This document shows, one piece after another, positions 24,109-37,380 of a DNA stretch of 64,000 bases; position 1 is the stretch's first letter, and every line of letters begins with the position of its first letter. This stretch comes from Heterodontus francisci. Lineage: Eukaryota. The DNA is taken from positions 14,914,945-14,978,944 of the forward strand of contig NC_090416.1 in assembly GCF_036365525.1 (NCBI RefSeq). Direction: 5' to 3'. The position numbers and the translations under genes were made by a program. Under the pieces are notes generated by a model. The model saw only the letters and a program-made list of their open reading frames with translations, was not told the origin of the DNA and did not search any database.

Positions 24109-26854
24109 CCTGAGGCCGGAGCCGGGGTGAGTTCTCCCCGTGATCTCTCTCAGCAGTTTGTCTGTGCAGGCGGAGTGGGCGCCGATTGACCTGAGCCCAG
24201 TCACAGTGAGTTGCGCCTCTTCAGATGCGGTAGAAAGTGTGACGAGCTATGGAAAGTATGACACCATTTTGGGTGCGGTGTCCTGGTAGATCTCACATCT
24301 CAGACATTTGACCCACTGTGGTCAGCGCCTGCGCGTCACTGCGATCAAAATGGGAGAATGGCTATAAAGAGATTTATGAGATTGTACTTCAGACAGTGGG
24401 GTGGAAAGCGATTGGTGTGAATTTCACCATAATCATTCTGCTGAATAGTATTTTCGCAGTTAATGCTTATTTCATTGTCGGGAGGCAGGCGGTGCTGCAT
24501 TTATTGCTCATCACTAGTTGCCCCTTGAGATGGTGCTTGTGACCTGCCTTCCAGAACCACTGGAGTCTCTGTGATGAAGGTACATCCGCAGTGCTGTTAG
24601 GAAGGGAGTTCCAGGATTTTAACCCAGTCACAGTGAAGGAACGGCGATATATTTCCAAGTCACGATAATGTGTGACTTGGAGGGGAACTTGCAGGAGGTG
24701 GTGTTCCCTTGATCTTCTAGGTGGAAGAGGTCGCTGGTTTGAGAGGTGAAAGCCAGGAGTACAGAATGTAATCCAATATAATTTATTCTGTAAAGAGGTT
24801 GTACAACATCCTTGAAACAACATGTTTTCACCGGGACTGGAAAATGATGGATGAAGCTGTGTGCGGTTTAATGTTGATTTTTAGTTACTGGTCTGTTACT
24901 ACCAATAAGACAAGACACGTGGAGATTTAACGCTGAGTTCTAATGGGTCAAACACGTTCATTCACTGCAGACATCCAGAACCTGCATGACTGAATCACTT
25001 TTAAATTCAGTCCGACCATTTAAACTTTCCGTGCACCGCCCTCATTTCTGCTCAGTCTCATTGACCAGGTTTCCATTGACTGAATCTAAGGCGCAAAACG
25101 CTAGGGTGGCCTCACGTGAACTCAATGTTCGGCATTCCTTGGATAATTCTATTTCCTTAAGGTTTGATTGAAGGACTCGGAAAAGGCAGTTTCAAACATT
25201 GATTGCAATGTTACACAATGCATTTGTGTTTGTAACTGTTCACTGGAAAATTCACTGGACAGTTATGACATCTTTGCAATAAACATACAGGTCATTTGAT
25301 GTTGCAATATAACAACAACAACTTATATTTATAAGAATCACATAGTATTTTAAGGCACATAACGATGCCACTCGGCCCATCTTTTCCGTGCGGTGTTTCT
25401 CCTCCGAACCCCTCTTCATATCCACCTTTCAGCATTTCCTTCTATTCCTTTCTCCCTCATATGTTTATGCAGCTTCCCCTTAAATGTATCTCCACTACTC
25501 ACCTCACCCACTCCCTCTGGTAGCGAGTTCCACATTCTCACTACTCTCTGGTGAAGAAGTTTCTCCGGAATTCCTGATTAGATTTATTCGTGACTATCTC
25601 AAATTGATTGCCTCTAGTTCTGGTCTCCCCCACACCCATCCCGACCTCCCCCCGCCCCCAACCCCTCCCTCAACAAGTGGAAATATATTCTCTACGTATA
25701 ACCTATCGAACCCTTTCATAATTTTCAATACCTCTCTCAAGTCACCCCTGAGTCTTCGCTTTTCGAAAGAAAAGAGCTCCAGCCTTCTCAATCTTTCCTG
25801 ATAATTGGAACCTCTCAGTGCTGGCTTTATTCTAGTAAATCTTGTCTGTTCCTTCTCCTGTACCTCAATATCCTTATGTATAATATGCGAATCAGAATAG
25901 TGCTCAGTAAGTCCACGTGTGGTCCAAGCAAGGTTCTATATAAGACATCACTTCTCTGTTTTTCAATGATATTCCTCCAGAAGTGAACTCCAGGGCTTTG
26001 TTTGCAATTTTTCCAGTAAGGATCACCAGCAATTACATCAAAGGGGGTTTCCTTTAGAATTATTTAAAGCGAGTGAATGGACCAGGCGTTTGATCAGCAA
26101 CAACAACAGGCCAGCATCTGAGGCCTATCTTTACCAGGCTTGTATTTAGACCCTGAGCCGAGGACACACTCCACATTCCACGGTTGGATGAGGCAGTTCA
26201 CTACAAAGTAGCCCGGACAAAATCGCGTCACACCATCCAGCGGTGTTTGATGCTGAGTCACTCTGCAGTTTTCCTTTTAACCGGAATGGGACCATTTTAT
26301 TCCTCTGATTTGCATTGCGTCTTCCTGAAGATTTAATATGAAAGCGGTTCTTCACGAGGAAAGAAGAATTTGATCGAAATAAATTTTTTTTGATCTTTTG
26401 ATGAAAGCAAGAGTCTGTTAGTTTATTTTTATTAGTTCTCGGGATGTGAACGTCGCTGGCAAGGCCAGCATTTATTGCCCATCCCTAATTGATAAGGTGG
26501 TGGTGTTGCTATCCACCCGCTGCCTTTGTCCTTCTAGGTGGTAGAATCCTGGGCCTGGCTTTTACAGTGTTGCCTGTATGTAGGCAGTACACACTGCAGT
26601 CCCAGTGCCGGTGATGGAGGTAATTGATCTTTTGTGAATGATACTGAGGTTCAGTTATTCCTATCCAAACACCGGGCATTGTAGCTAAACAGAACGCGGT
26701 GTCACATGGAAGAGGACACTGTAAATAAGGTTATTGTGCATTAGTCTGCTCTCTGAACCTGGGTGGTAAACTCTCTTCTGTGTGCGGTTTAACACTGAGT
26801 CTTGCTGTTTGACCTTTGCAGGCAGTTGTGTGCATGAGCGCCAGTCCTGTAAAA

Positions 26855-29082
26855 ACAGGAAAACCACAGAGAGCGTCCACCTCAGACATTATTTTCCAGC
26901 TCAAGTGCAAGTTAGTAAGAAATTGGGCCAGCGATTTCCACCCCTTGCTGTACTTTGCACATCCACTCGAAGGCTGCCCAAGCAGAATGGGTCTTTGTGT
27001 GGTTCACAGCAAGCGCTGCGGTCACAGGCAATGCGCCTCTTTGCCTCTCTGTTTCAACGTCCCTTCTTTGACATTTAAGGTCAAATATTTCTGCAATAAC
27101 TTTTCAGTTGTTCAGTAAGTTAAAATATTGGCTGCTCAATTCAGAACCTGTTTCACCAGTAATTTATTCTGCCAGGCGCTTAAAATACAGATTAATGTAA
27201 CTTGCAATTTTCCCCCAGTTTCCATCCGGTATCATTCTTCTGAAGATGCCAAGCCTTGACATGGGTTCCACAGGAGTCTTCCAGAGATTTACAGCACGTG
27301 TTTGAAGCTACGATTTTCTAACTGGTTCAAATTTCCCGTTAGAGAATCCCAGAAAAGAATGGTTTGATCGAGCAGCAGTTGCTCGGTGCTAGTAGGATGG
27401 TGCATTCTGACCTTTCCTGTCGCCATAACCATCACAGTGATCCTGGATCTACTCTTGATCCTTATTGCCATTTGGATTCAGAAAAGCACAGGTCAGGTGA
27501 GAACTATTGTTAATGCTGGACAGTATAATCATGATTACCAGTCTCAGTGTAGTTAACACTGTGTCAAACCCAGTTAAACCCCAACACACATTCCAATGGT
27601 GTCGATGTTTTAATATTTCCACGTTCTTTTAAGACCACTCTAAGGCCACTCCACAATTCCCATCTCAATATTTATGGCAGGCGACAAAGGATTTATATTT
27701 TTGTCCGAATGCAGTTTCAGTTGGAAAGAAATGGTTCTTCCCATTATCAGAGAGCAATGCAATCTACAATCATCATCTTAATTTGTATCCAATCCTATTA
27801 TCTCTGCCACAGAAAACATGGCGAATCCATCAGCCGCCCTGGTATCTACTAATAGGGTAAGTTAAGGTTTAGGGAATAATGTCTTCAACTGACACTGATC
27901 CACATTGTAATCCCAGCAGTTAGTGTTTTTTTATTAGAGATATCCATATCTTGCAGTTTTGTTTAAATCTTTACTGGTAGTCGCGATTCCCCCAGTGGTG
28001 ATCCTGCTTTTTACACTTTAGCGTCAAGAATTATTGACGAAATGCAGAAATGTGATGACATTCCTGGATACTTGTGATGAGAATTCCAAGTACGTTCCAA
28101 AATGGTTTCCATCATAAGTCATTGTTCAAAATTTAAGTATCTGTTTATGTGCATGCATTTTTGTGTTCAAAAATGTGCCCATATATGTGTGTGTTTGTGA
28201 GTGTGTGTACCCACTATTTATTCTTGGGATTTGGGCGTCGCTGGTAAGAACGCATTCATTGCCCATCCCTAATTGCCCTCGAGAAGGTGGTGGTTGTGAG
28301 CCGCCTCCTTGAACCGTTGCAGTCCATGTGGAGCTGACACACCCGCCGGGCTGTTCGGGAGGGAGTTGCAGGATTTTGAACCAGCCACAGTGAAGGAACG
28401 GCCGATATACTTGCAAGATTTCCAAGTCGCGATGGTATGTGACTTTGAGGGGAACTTGCAGGTTGTGGTGTTCCCCTGAATCTTCTGCTCTTGTCGTTCT
28501 AGGCGTGTTTTACGTGATTATGTTTGTTTTGTGTGTGTGTGTGCCTGTGTCTGTGTACCATAACGAGAAGCTGTCCCTATCTGTCCACTTCAGCCGCTAC
28601 CTTCACATCTCTTGTTATGAAATGGCTTTTCCAATAATGCACCAGACACACGAGCAATCTTTGCCTGCTGCTAGGGGAGCCATAGAGCCGGTTTTTGTTC
28701 TCTGCAACCAATATCATGGGTTCATTATTCGGAATTCTTTCCTTTGACCCTGGATACACTTGCGCTGGCACATGATGTTGGACGAAACGTCTGGATTGGT
28801 TGGACGTATATACCAATCAAACAGTCCTGTTGCCTGTGTCGATATTTTGATTTGAAAAGGAATCTATATTGTGTTTTGATTTGAGGTATTTTATGATTTA
28901 TATTCGTATCCTGTGTCTGTAAACAGTAAGATTAATGCTTTGTGGCGAATCAATAAACTGATATAAACACGAATTAAAATATTTCCCTGTCTTAATATAT
29001 TTTCCAGGCTCTGCACAGCCCACGTGACCAGACTATTTCCACAGGCTTGGGTTTTGCTGCATTGAAACTGTCAGCAATATGA
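26855..29082 (+). pseudogene. B-related pseudogene C1: promoter motif, TM exon 27396-27496, cytoplasmic exons 27813-27856 and 29008-29082; V and C1 exons absent
   Basis: TM exon WCILTFPVAITITVILDLLLILIAIWIQK is homologous to the B1 TM exon but 101 nt (frameshift). The last exon LGFAALK matches B1 LEFAALE and has no Tyr. Confidence 0.7.
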
Positions 29083-31021
29083 AGGTTGGAGAGAGACGAG
29101 AACTCAAATGTTTTCCAACAGATTTACAGAGGAATCCACTGTTGTTGCAGACAGTAATTTAACTTGCAAAGTAAAGCAATGGAGACACTCAACACCCTCC
29201 TAAAATATCTTAAACTAAGGACGTTGATATGATTAAAAGATTTTAGATAGGGAAGATAGAGAGAAGCTATTTCCTGATGTTGGGGGGAGTCCAGAACAAG
29301 GAAGTACAATCTTAAAATTGGAGCCAGGCCGTTCAGGGGTGATGTCAGGAAGCACTTCTTCACACAAAGGGGAGTGGAAATCTGAAACTCTCTCCCCCAA
29401 AAAAACTGTTGAGGCTGGGGGTCAATTGGAAATTTCCAAATTGATATGGATAGATTATGGATAAGGTAATCAAGAGTTACATAATCACGGAAGTTAAATG
29501 GAGTTAAGATACAGATCAGCCCTGATCACACTTAATACCGGAACTGCCCTGAAGGGCGATACTGGGATATGATAAATACATGTTCAAAGATCTCAACTGC
29601 GATTTGACCGCCTGCTCACTCAAAGTTGTTCTTGATTTGAGTAGATATTGGTGTTGGCCGCTTGGGGCGCTCTATCTCCAGTTTCCGTACAGTTTCTATT
29701 AAACCCATTCGCTTTGTTATGCATTCCCTCAAGAGTGACGAAGATTGACCGATCATTTTAGCTTAGACGAATTAATTAAGCACGACTAATTGACTAACCG
29801 GATATTAAATGCACTTAAATGTTGAGAGACATTGGTGTCGCCAGTTATATTTCTAAAATAAATGATTGGGAACGTGTTCTTTCCCAGAGTAAAGTAGTGA
29901 GTTAAACTGCAATAGGATCTAAAAACACTGCATATCCAGATGTCAGCAGTGGTTCAGTTGCCTCTTGAGTCAGAAGGTTGTGGGTTCCAGTCCCAGTCCA
30001 GATCTCAGGATGTCTCATGAAGTACTTTGGATGTGCAGTCACTCTTGTAATTTAGGACACCTGCAGCCTGATTGCGCACAGCAAGCTCCCACAAACAGCA
30101 ATGTGCTAATTGCCAGATAATCTGCTTCAGTGACATTGGTTGAGGAATTACATTGAGCAGGGTAACCCTGCTCTTCTTTAAATGAGTGCCTGAGTTATTT
30201 TACATCTGAAAAGGCTCGGATTGACGTCTTATCCGAAAGACGACACCTCCGACAGTACGGCACCCTCTCAGTACTTTAGTGGGAGTGTCACTTTGTATTT
30301 TGTGCTGAGGCTCAGGAGTGGGTGTCGAACCGACAATCATCAGGCTCAGAGGTGAGCAGAGGAGGTTATTATATTCTTTGAATCCTGAACTGAACACTCA
30401 GCGAACAGATTTGACAACCACAAGGGCAAATAAGGACCGAAAATCCTTTACTGAACCAACCGACACCTGGTCATTCTTGGGAAGACGTGATCATCTTGGA
30501 TGGTACCTGGGAATTAAATCCAAGCTACAGTGAAATTGTACAAACAGTGTCTGTACACGTGTGTTTCAACCTAACATACACCTTGAGGAATAGCGTTGTA
30601 CACACTTATTCTGTTCCAGAATAAAATAAATTCCAGTGCTGACACATTATAGTACATAGACACTTACCCAAATTAAATTGCGTTTTGAATATGTTTGCCG
30701 ATTTCTCCAGTCTGTATATGTTACCCTGAGTCTGCTACTATTATGCTCACAATTTATTGCATTGTCAAGTTTGGTGTCATTCGTCAACATCGAAATTGCA
30801 CTCTCTCGTGCAAAGTCACATATATATTCCTAATATGATGCCCCCGGGTATGCCCCCACTGCATACCTCCCTCCAGTCAGAAAAAAACATCTGTTCATCA
30901 CTACTCTCTGCCTCCTATCCCTTAACCAATTTCGTGCCCAGGTTACCAGCGTGCCTTTAATTCCATGTGCTTCTATTTGCTGAATAATTCTGTTACGAGG
31001 TAGTTTGTCAAATATATTATA

Positions 31022-31330
31022 ACAGCGGCACAGTGGCGCAGTGGTTAGCACCGCAGCCTCACAGCTCCAGGGACCCGGGTTCAATTCTGGGTACTGTCTG
31101 TGTGGAGTTTGCAAGTTCTCCCTGTGTCTGCGTGGGTTTTCTCAGGGTGCTCCGGTTTCCTCCCACATGCCAAAGACTTGCAGGTAATAGGTAAATTGGC
31201 TGTTATAAATTGCCCCTAGTGTAGGTAGGTGGTAGGGCATATGGGATTACTGTAGGGTTAGTATAAATGGGTGGTTGTTGGTCGGTACAGACTCGGTGGG
31301 ACGAAGGGCCTGTTTCAGTGCTGTATCTTT
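31022..31330 (+). mobile_element. HE1-like V-SINE
   Basis: tRNA-like head (tggcgcagtggttagc..gggttcaattc), V-domain (gtgtggagtttgca..gggtgctccggtttcctcccaca) and CR1-like tail. Absent at the paralogous sites ~2190 and ~41640. Confidence 0.85.
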
Positions 31331-31579
31331 AAATATATGCATAAACTTCATATATATTGAAGGAATTGGATCGTTATATGAACAGAAAATGTTGCAGGAC
31401 TCTAAGGAAAGGAAGTGGAAGGATCTGAGTGTCTCTTGCACAGAACAAGCATGGCCATGATGTGCTGAATGACGTCCTTCTGTGCTGTAACCATTCTAGG
31501 ATTGTATAACATCCAAAATACGGCCTTCATCAAAGATTTTTGTAGTTCATCCAGAAACACAATGTGCTGGTTTTAATCG

Positions 31580-32280
31580 AATGACATGAAATCCCAACAC
31601 CAGGGTCATTTGCGAATCACTGGGTCGCGCGAGTGGGTGGCGGGACTGCAGTGCAATCTTCCGCTATGCGATCAATTAGCGATCGGCGGGGGACACGGCC
31701 ATAACCAATGGGTTGAGGGAGCTAGTCCCATCAGGAAGGTTAACGGTGCTATTTGTGAAGGCCAGTTGGCAGCCTTCATACTGGCTGCGCACCGAGAAGG
31801 CAGAGGAAGGGGTCTAGCGGAATGGAACTTGTGGTGGAATGGCTGCAATCAGAGGAAGAGTTGCTGAAAATTTCAGTGACGTCTCCCTACAGGTGCTCCT
31901 GCTGGCGGCAAGGGAACTGAGAGAGGTTCTGTTCCCAGTGGACAGTAGGAGGAGGCGAGAAAGCCTCATAAAGATGGTCTGGCTGGACGTAGCTGAGGAA
32001 GTCAGCAGCTGCAGGGTGGTCAGGCAAATATGGGTGCAGCGCTACAGCGCTCAATGACCAGTGAGGTCTTGCAACGTCATCGGAATGCATGATGACAAAG
32101 TGGCAGCCCTTCATGTCTTATATGGCGGCCATGAGATGTGAGGCAAGATGACCGACCCAAGCACAGGGAGTCACCAAGAACCAGAGTGTGCAATGAGCTG
32201 CAGTGAACTCTAATAATGCAGATGGAGAAGGAAGCTGGATGGGTGGCAGCAGGTCAGCCTGTCGCAGAGGGTGAGGTGGG
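31580..32280 (+). mobile_element. Harbinger-type Myb/SANT remnant, copy 2
   Basis: FSDVSLQVLLLAARELREVLFP..WLDVAEEVSS; nucleotide homology to 46-760. Confidence 0.6.
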
Positions 32281-33279
32281 AATGAAGTTTTGCCTGAATT
32301 CCCGATTGGATGTATGAATGACTATTTTATATTCATGGTGCATAGTTCTGGTCTACACTGCAAGTGGGAAAATCTTCTCTACATCTACCCTATCAAACTC
32401 TTCATAATTTTAAGGACCTCTATCAGATCATCCCTCATTCTTCCTTTTTGTCGGGAACAGAGCTCCAGCCTATGTCACATGTCACAGAGCTCACGCTACT
32501 CAACTTGAGTAGCCCAAATGTTCACCAAAATAATACAAGTACATTGAAAAAAGATTCCAACCGTGCTTTTCAGGAGTTTACACACAGACACCTCTACATA
32601 AAGCAAAATATTGCAGGTGCTGGAAATCTGATATCAAGGCAAGATGCTGGAAATGCTCAGCAGGCCAGGCAGCACCAGTGGCAAGAGAAACAATTTGCAT
32701 TTAGATAGCGCCTTTAACTGAGTAAAATCTTGCAAGGTGCATCAGAGGAGCGTCATTCAGACACCGAACCACATAAAGATATATTAGAGCAGGTGACCAA
32801 AAGTTTGGTAGGGTTTTAAAGTATAAGAGAGAGACAGAGAGGTTTAGGGAGGGAATTCCTGAACTTAGGGCCCAGGCAGCTGAAGGCACGGCCGCCAATG
32901 GTGGATCTATGGGAATCGGGGGATGCGTAAGGGGCCAGTATTGGAGGTGAACGGAGATTCCAAAGGGTTGTAGGGGCTGTAAGAGATAACAGAGATAGGG
33001 AGGGGGTGAGGACCATGGAGGGAGTGGAAAACAAGGATGAGAATTTTAAAATGGAGGACTCACTGGACTGGGAGCCAATGCAGGACAACGTGCGTACAGC
33101 GGTGATGGGTGAATGGGGCTTGGCGTGAGTTAGGACATGGGGCAGAAGAGTTTTGGATGAGCTGAATATGGGAGGTTGGTCAGATTTTCATGTCGCTGAC
33201 CTTTCAGCAGCTCTGATGAAAGGTCATCGAATTGAAACGTTAACTCTGTTTTACTATTTACAGAGGCTGCCTGACATCG

Positions 33280-34846
33280 TGAGGTGAGAGTGATTGCCCT
33301 GGATATCAAGACAGCACTTGACCGACCGTGGCATCAAGGAGACCATGCCAAACTGAAGTCAATGGGAATCAAGGAGAAAGTACTGCGCCAGCTGGAGTCA
33401 TACCGAGCACAAAGGAAGATGGTTGCGGTTGTTGGAGGCTAATCATCTCTGTCCCAGGCTATCACTGCAGAAGTTCCTCAGGGTAGTGCCCTAGGCCCAT
33501 CTTCCACTGCTTTATCAATGACCTTCCCTCCATCATAAGGTCAGAAGTAGCGGATATTCACCGATCATTGTACGATGTTCAGCACCGTTCGTAACTCCTC
33601 AGATACTGAAGTAGTCCGTGTCCAAATGCATCAAGACATGGACAACATTCAGGCTTGGGCTGCTGAGTTTTTGTTTTATTCTTTCATGGGATGTGGGCAT
33701 CGCAGGCCAGGCCAGCATTTAATGCCCATCCCTAATTGCACTTGAACTGAGTGTCTTGCTAAGCCATTTCGAGGGCATGTAAGAGTCAACCACATTGCTG
33801 TGGATCTGGAGTCACATGTAGGCCAGACCAGGTAAGGACAGCAGATTTTCCTTCCCTAAAGGACATTAGTGAACCAGATGGGTTTTTACAACAATCGACA
33901 ATGGTTTCATGGCCATCATTAGACTAGCTTTAAATTCCAGATTTATTAATTGAATTCAAATTCCACCTTCTGCTGTGGTGGGATTCGAACCCATGTCCCC
34001 AGAACAATACCTGGGTCTCTGGGTTACTAGTCCAGTGATAATACCAGTACGCCACCACCTCCCCATAAAGTAACAAGTAACATACGCGCCACACAAATGC
34101 CAGACATTGACCACCATCAACAAGATATAATCCAACCATCTCCCCTTGATATTCAACTGCATTACCATTGCTGGATCCCCCACAATCAACATCCTGGGGC
34201 TTACCATTTACCAGAAACTGAACCAGCCACATAAATACTGGGGTACAAGTACAGATTAGAGACTGGGGATTCTGTGGCAGGTAACCCACCTCCTGACTCC
34301 CAAAAGCCTGCCCACCATCTACAAGGCACAAGTCATGAGTGTGATGGAATACTCTCTACTTACCTGGATGAGTGCAGTCCCAACAACACTCAAGCAGCTT
34401 GACACCATCAAGGACAAAGCAGCCTGCTTAATGGACATCCCATCCACCACTTTCAATATTCATTCCCTTCACCACTGACGCACAGTGGTAGCAGTGTGTG
34501 CCATCTACAAGATACACTGCTGCAAGTCACCAAGACTCCTTCAACAGAACCTTAAAAACCCACAACTTCAACCACCTAGAAGGACAAGGGAAACAGACAT
34601 ATGGGAACACCTGCACGTTCCAGTCAAAGTCACGTACCATCCTGACTTAGAAATATATTGGCAATTTCTTCACTGTGGCTGGATCAAAATCCTAAAACTC
34701 CATCTCACAGCACTGTGGGCGCACCAGATGGACCGCAGCGGTTTAAGAAGCCAGCTCACCACCTGCTTCTCAAGGGCAACCAGGGATGGGCAAGAAATGC
34801 TGACCTTGCCAGCAACACCCACATCCCATGAAAGAATAAAAAAATA
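33280..34846 (+). mobile_element. 5'-truncated LINE RT fragment (same family), interrupted by a SINE
   Basis: Homologous to the RT and 3' end of the 12.3-15.4 kb element; ends cccacatcccatgaaagaataaaaaaa. Confidence 0.85.
33667..34065 (-). mobile_element. tRNA-headed SINE sharing both ends with the LINE family
   Basis: Minus strand begins with A-box-like TGGCGTACTGG and B-box GGTTCGAATCCC. The body matches 15300-15440 and the tail matches 12340-12405. Confidence 0.75.
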
Positions 34847-37380
34847 ACTAAATCTCATTGATCGCCTTGGAATGTGCAGCGTCAGAAACAAGAAGCAGCG
34901 CCACCCCGTGGCTATCGGACGCAACTGTAAGAGCAAGAAATTGACTGTTCTCTGCCCCTCCCCAAGACTCCATGTGGGAAACTAGAGATTGCTGGGTTTT
35001 ATTAGGGCCGAGAGAAGGCCCTCCTAGAGTAGGTAATAGCACTGACCATATAAGCCTTTTACCAGCATGAGACCGTCAAACAACGATCCATTAGACATCA
35101 AGGGATTACATTGTTCTCTAGTCTTTCAGTAATGCACCGTTACAAGATTCATACCGATAATACTCAAAAAGGTTAACGCGATAGGAGAAATGGGGAGTTC
35201 AGTTTTTTCCAACTTTGTTTTCAGGTTATGTTCTCCAGACTCGATAACACCAACAGCATGAAGGCGATGGAATGAACGCAGATTGTTCCGAAAAAAAAGG
35301 GGACATGTATTTATACAGCATCATTATAACCTCAGGACCTCCCAAAGCACTTTGCAACCAATGAAGTCATACTTTTAAAGGCTTAGTCACGGTCGTAATG
35401 TAGTCAATACGGCTGCCAATTTGCGCACAGCAAGATCCAATAGATAACAATGTGATCATTTTGTTTTTTCATTCTTTCATAAAATGCGAACCCAGCTGGC
35501 AAGATCAGCATTTATTTCCCATTCCTAATTGCCTTTGAGAAGGTGGTGGTGAGCTGCCTTCTTCAATCACTACTGTTCATAAATTGTAGCGACACCCACA
35601 GTGCTGTTGGGAGGGAGTTCCAGAATATTAACCCAGGATTTTGTTCCAGGATAATGACCCAGATAACTTGTTTTAGTGATGTTGTTTGAATGATCAATAT
35701 TGAACTCCTCCGGCTCTTCATACAATAGTGGCTCTGGGGTCTTTTACCTTCACCTGAGAGCGCAAACAGGTCTAATGTCAGTGAGCAAGAAAGCCAGATA
35801 GCTGAAAAGTCAGATAGTGATACAGAGGGATTGAGACGGAGATAGATGAAGTACAATAAATACGTAACAGGTCAGCCAAGGTAAAGAAAGGGTAATATTT
35901 CGGCTATAAAATTTATCCTAATCAGAATTGAAAATAGAAGGGCATGTAGACCCCTTCCGAGGGCCAAGAGAGACTCTGACACCGAGAGGAAGCTAATGGG
36001 TAAATCACCTGCAAACTGCGCAATAGAGTAGCAGGGATTCTAGAATCGCAATCTGAGTGGGGTAATGACAGACATCGCCGAAATCAAAATTCAGAATGAA
36101 ATACAGGGATAAAAGAAATACTGAATCGGTGCTTGAGAGTTTGGTGTGTGAGGAAAGTTAGTAAGTAGCAGGTTGCCAAGCAAACAGTAGTGGCTTGAAA
36201 TCATGGTCCAGATGTGTTTAAGTCAATGTGCGGATTTCTGTAAAGAGTATGTGCACTCGTCTCACACGATCACATGATGGAAAGTATTGAGTAATGTTGG
36301 ACTAAAGTGGAGAGGATCCATTAAGATTTATCTATATCTATATATCTATGGGTGAGTAGATATTTGAGAGTTGGAGAATTCAGGACTCATGAAAGTTTAA
36401 CACTGCCAAACACAAGATAAGGCTCAAGGACTGTGCAAGAAGCAGACACGAGAACTAGAATTAACTGGATTGTAGGAAAGGAAGAGCTGAACATTAATGA
36501 GAGATAATGAATTGTTTTACTGTAGGCATTTCTGTATCACATATAAATCTGGGAATGCCCGAGCTGCTGCCAAATCCTTATTCCATAAGGAGTTTTGCAC
36601 AAAGTGATGCTTAGTCACTCCTCCGTTTTCCTTTGAACCGGAATGGGACCATTTTATTCCTCTATTTGAATTGTGTCGTCCTGAAGATTTAATTTGAAAG
36701 CGTTTCTCCAAGAGGGAATAAGAATTTGAAATAAACATGTTCCTCTCATTATCCTTTAATGAACGCAAGACTGTAGTAGTTTATTTTATTCATTCTTGAA
36801 ATGAGGGTGTCGCTGACGAGGCCAACATTTATTGCCCATCCTTAATTGCCCTTGAGAAGGTGCTGGTGAGCTGCCTTCTTGAACAGTTGTAGTCCATGTT
36901 GTGCTGGTACACCCACATTGCTGTTAAGGAGGGAGTTCCAGGATTTTGACCCAGCGTCAGTGAACGAACCGTCGATATATTTCTAAGATTTCCAAAGCAG
37001 GATGGCATGTCACTTGGAGATGAACTTGCAGGTAGCAGTATTGCTATGCACCGCTGCCCTTCACCTGCCAGGTAGTGGAAGCCTGGGCGAATTGTTGCAG
37101 AGTTGCCTGTATATCGACAGTACACACTGCAGCCCCAGAGTGCCAGCGATGGATGGAATGGATCTTTAGTGAATGCTACTTAGTATCAGTTATTCCTATC
37201 CAAACACCGGGCATTGCAGCTAAACAGGACGCGGTGTCACATGGAACAGGATGAGGTTACTGTACACCCGTCTGCTCTCTGAACCTGGGTAGTAAACTCT
37301 CTTCTGTGTGCGGTTTAACATTGAGTCTCGCTGTTTGACCTTTGAAGGTAGTTGTGTACAGGAGCGCCAGACCTGTAAAA

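Noticed and set aside
31022-31095. tRNA gene
   Set aside because: Only the tRNA-derived head of a V-SINE; the same applies to ~33975-34065.
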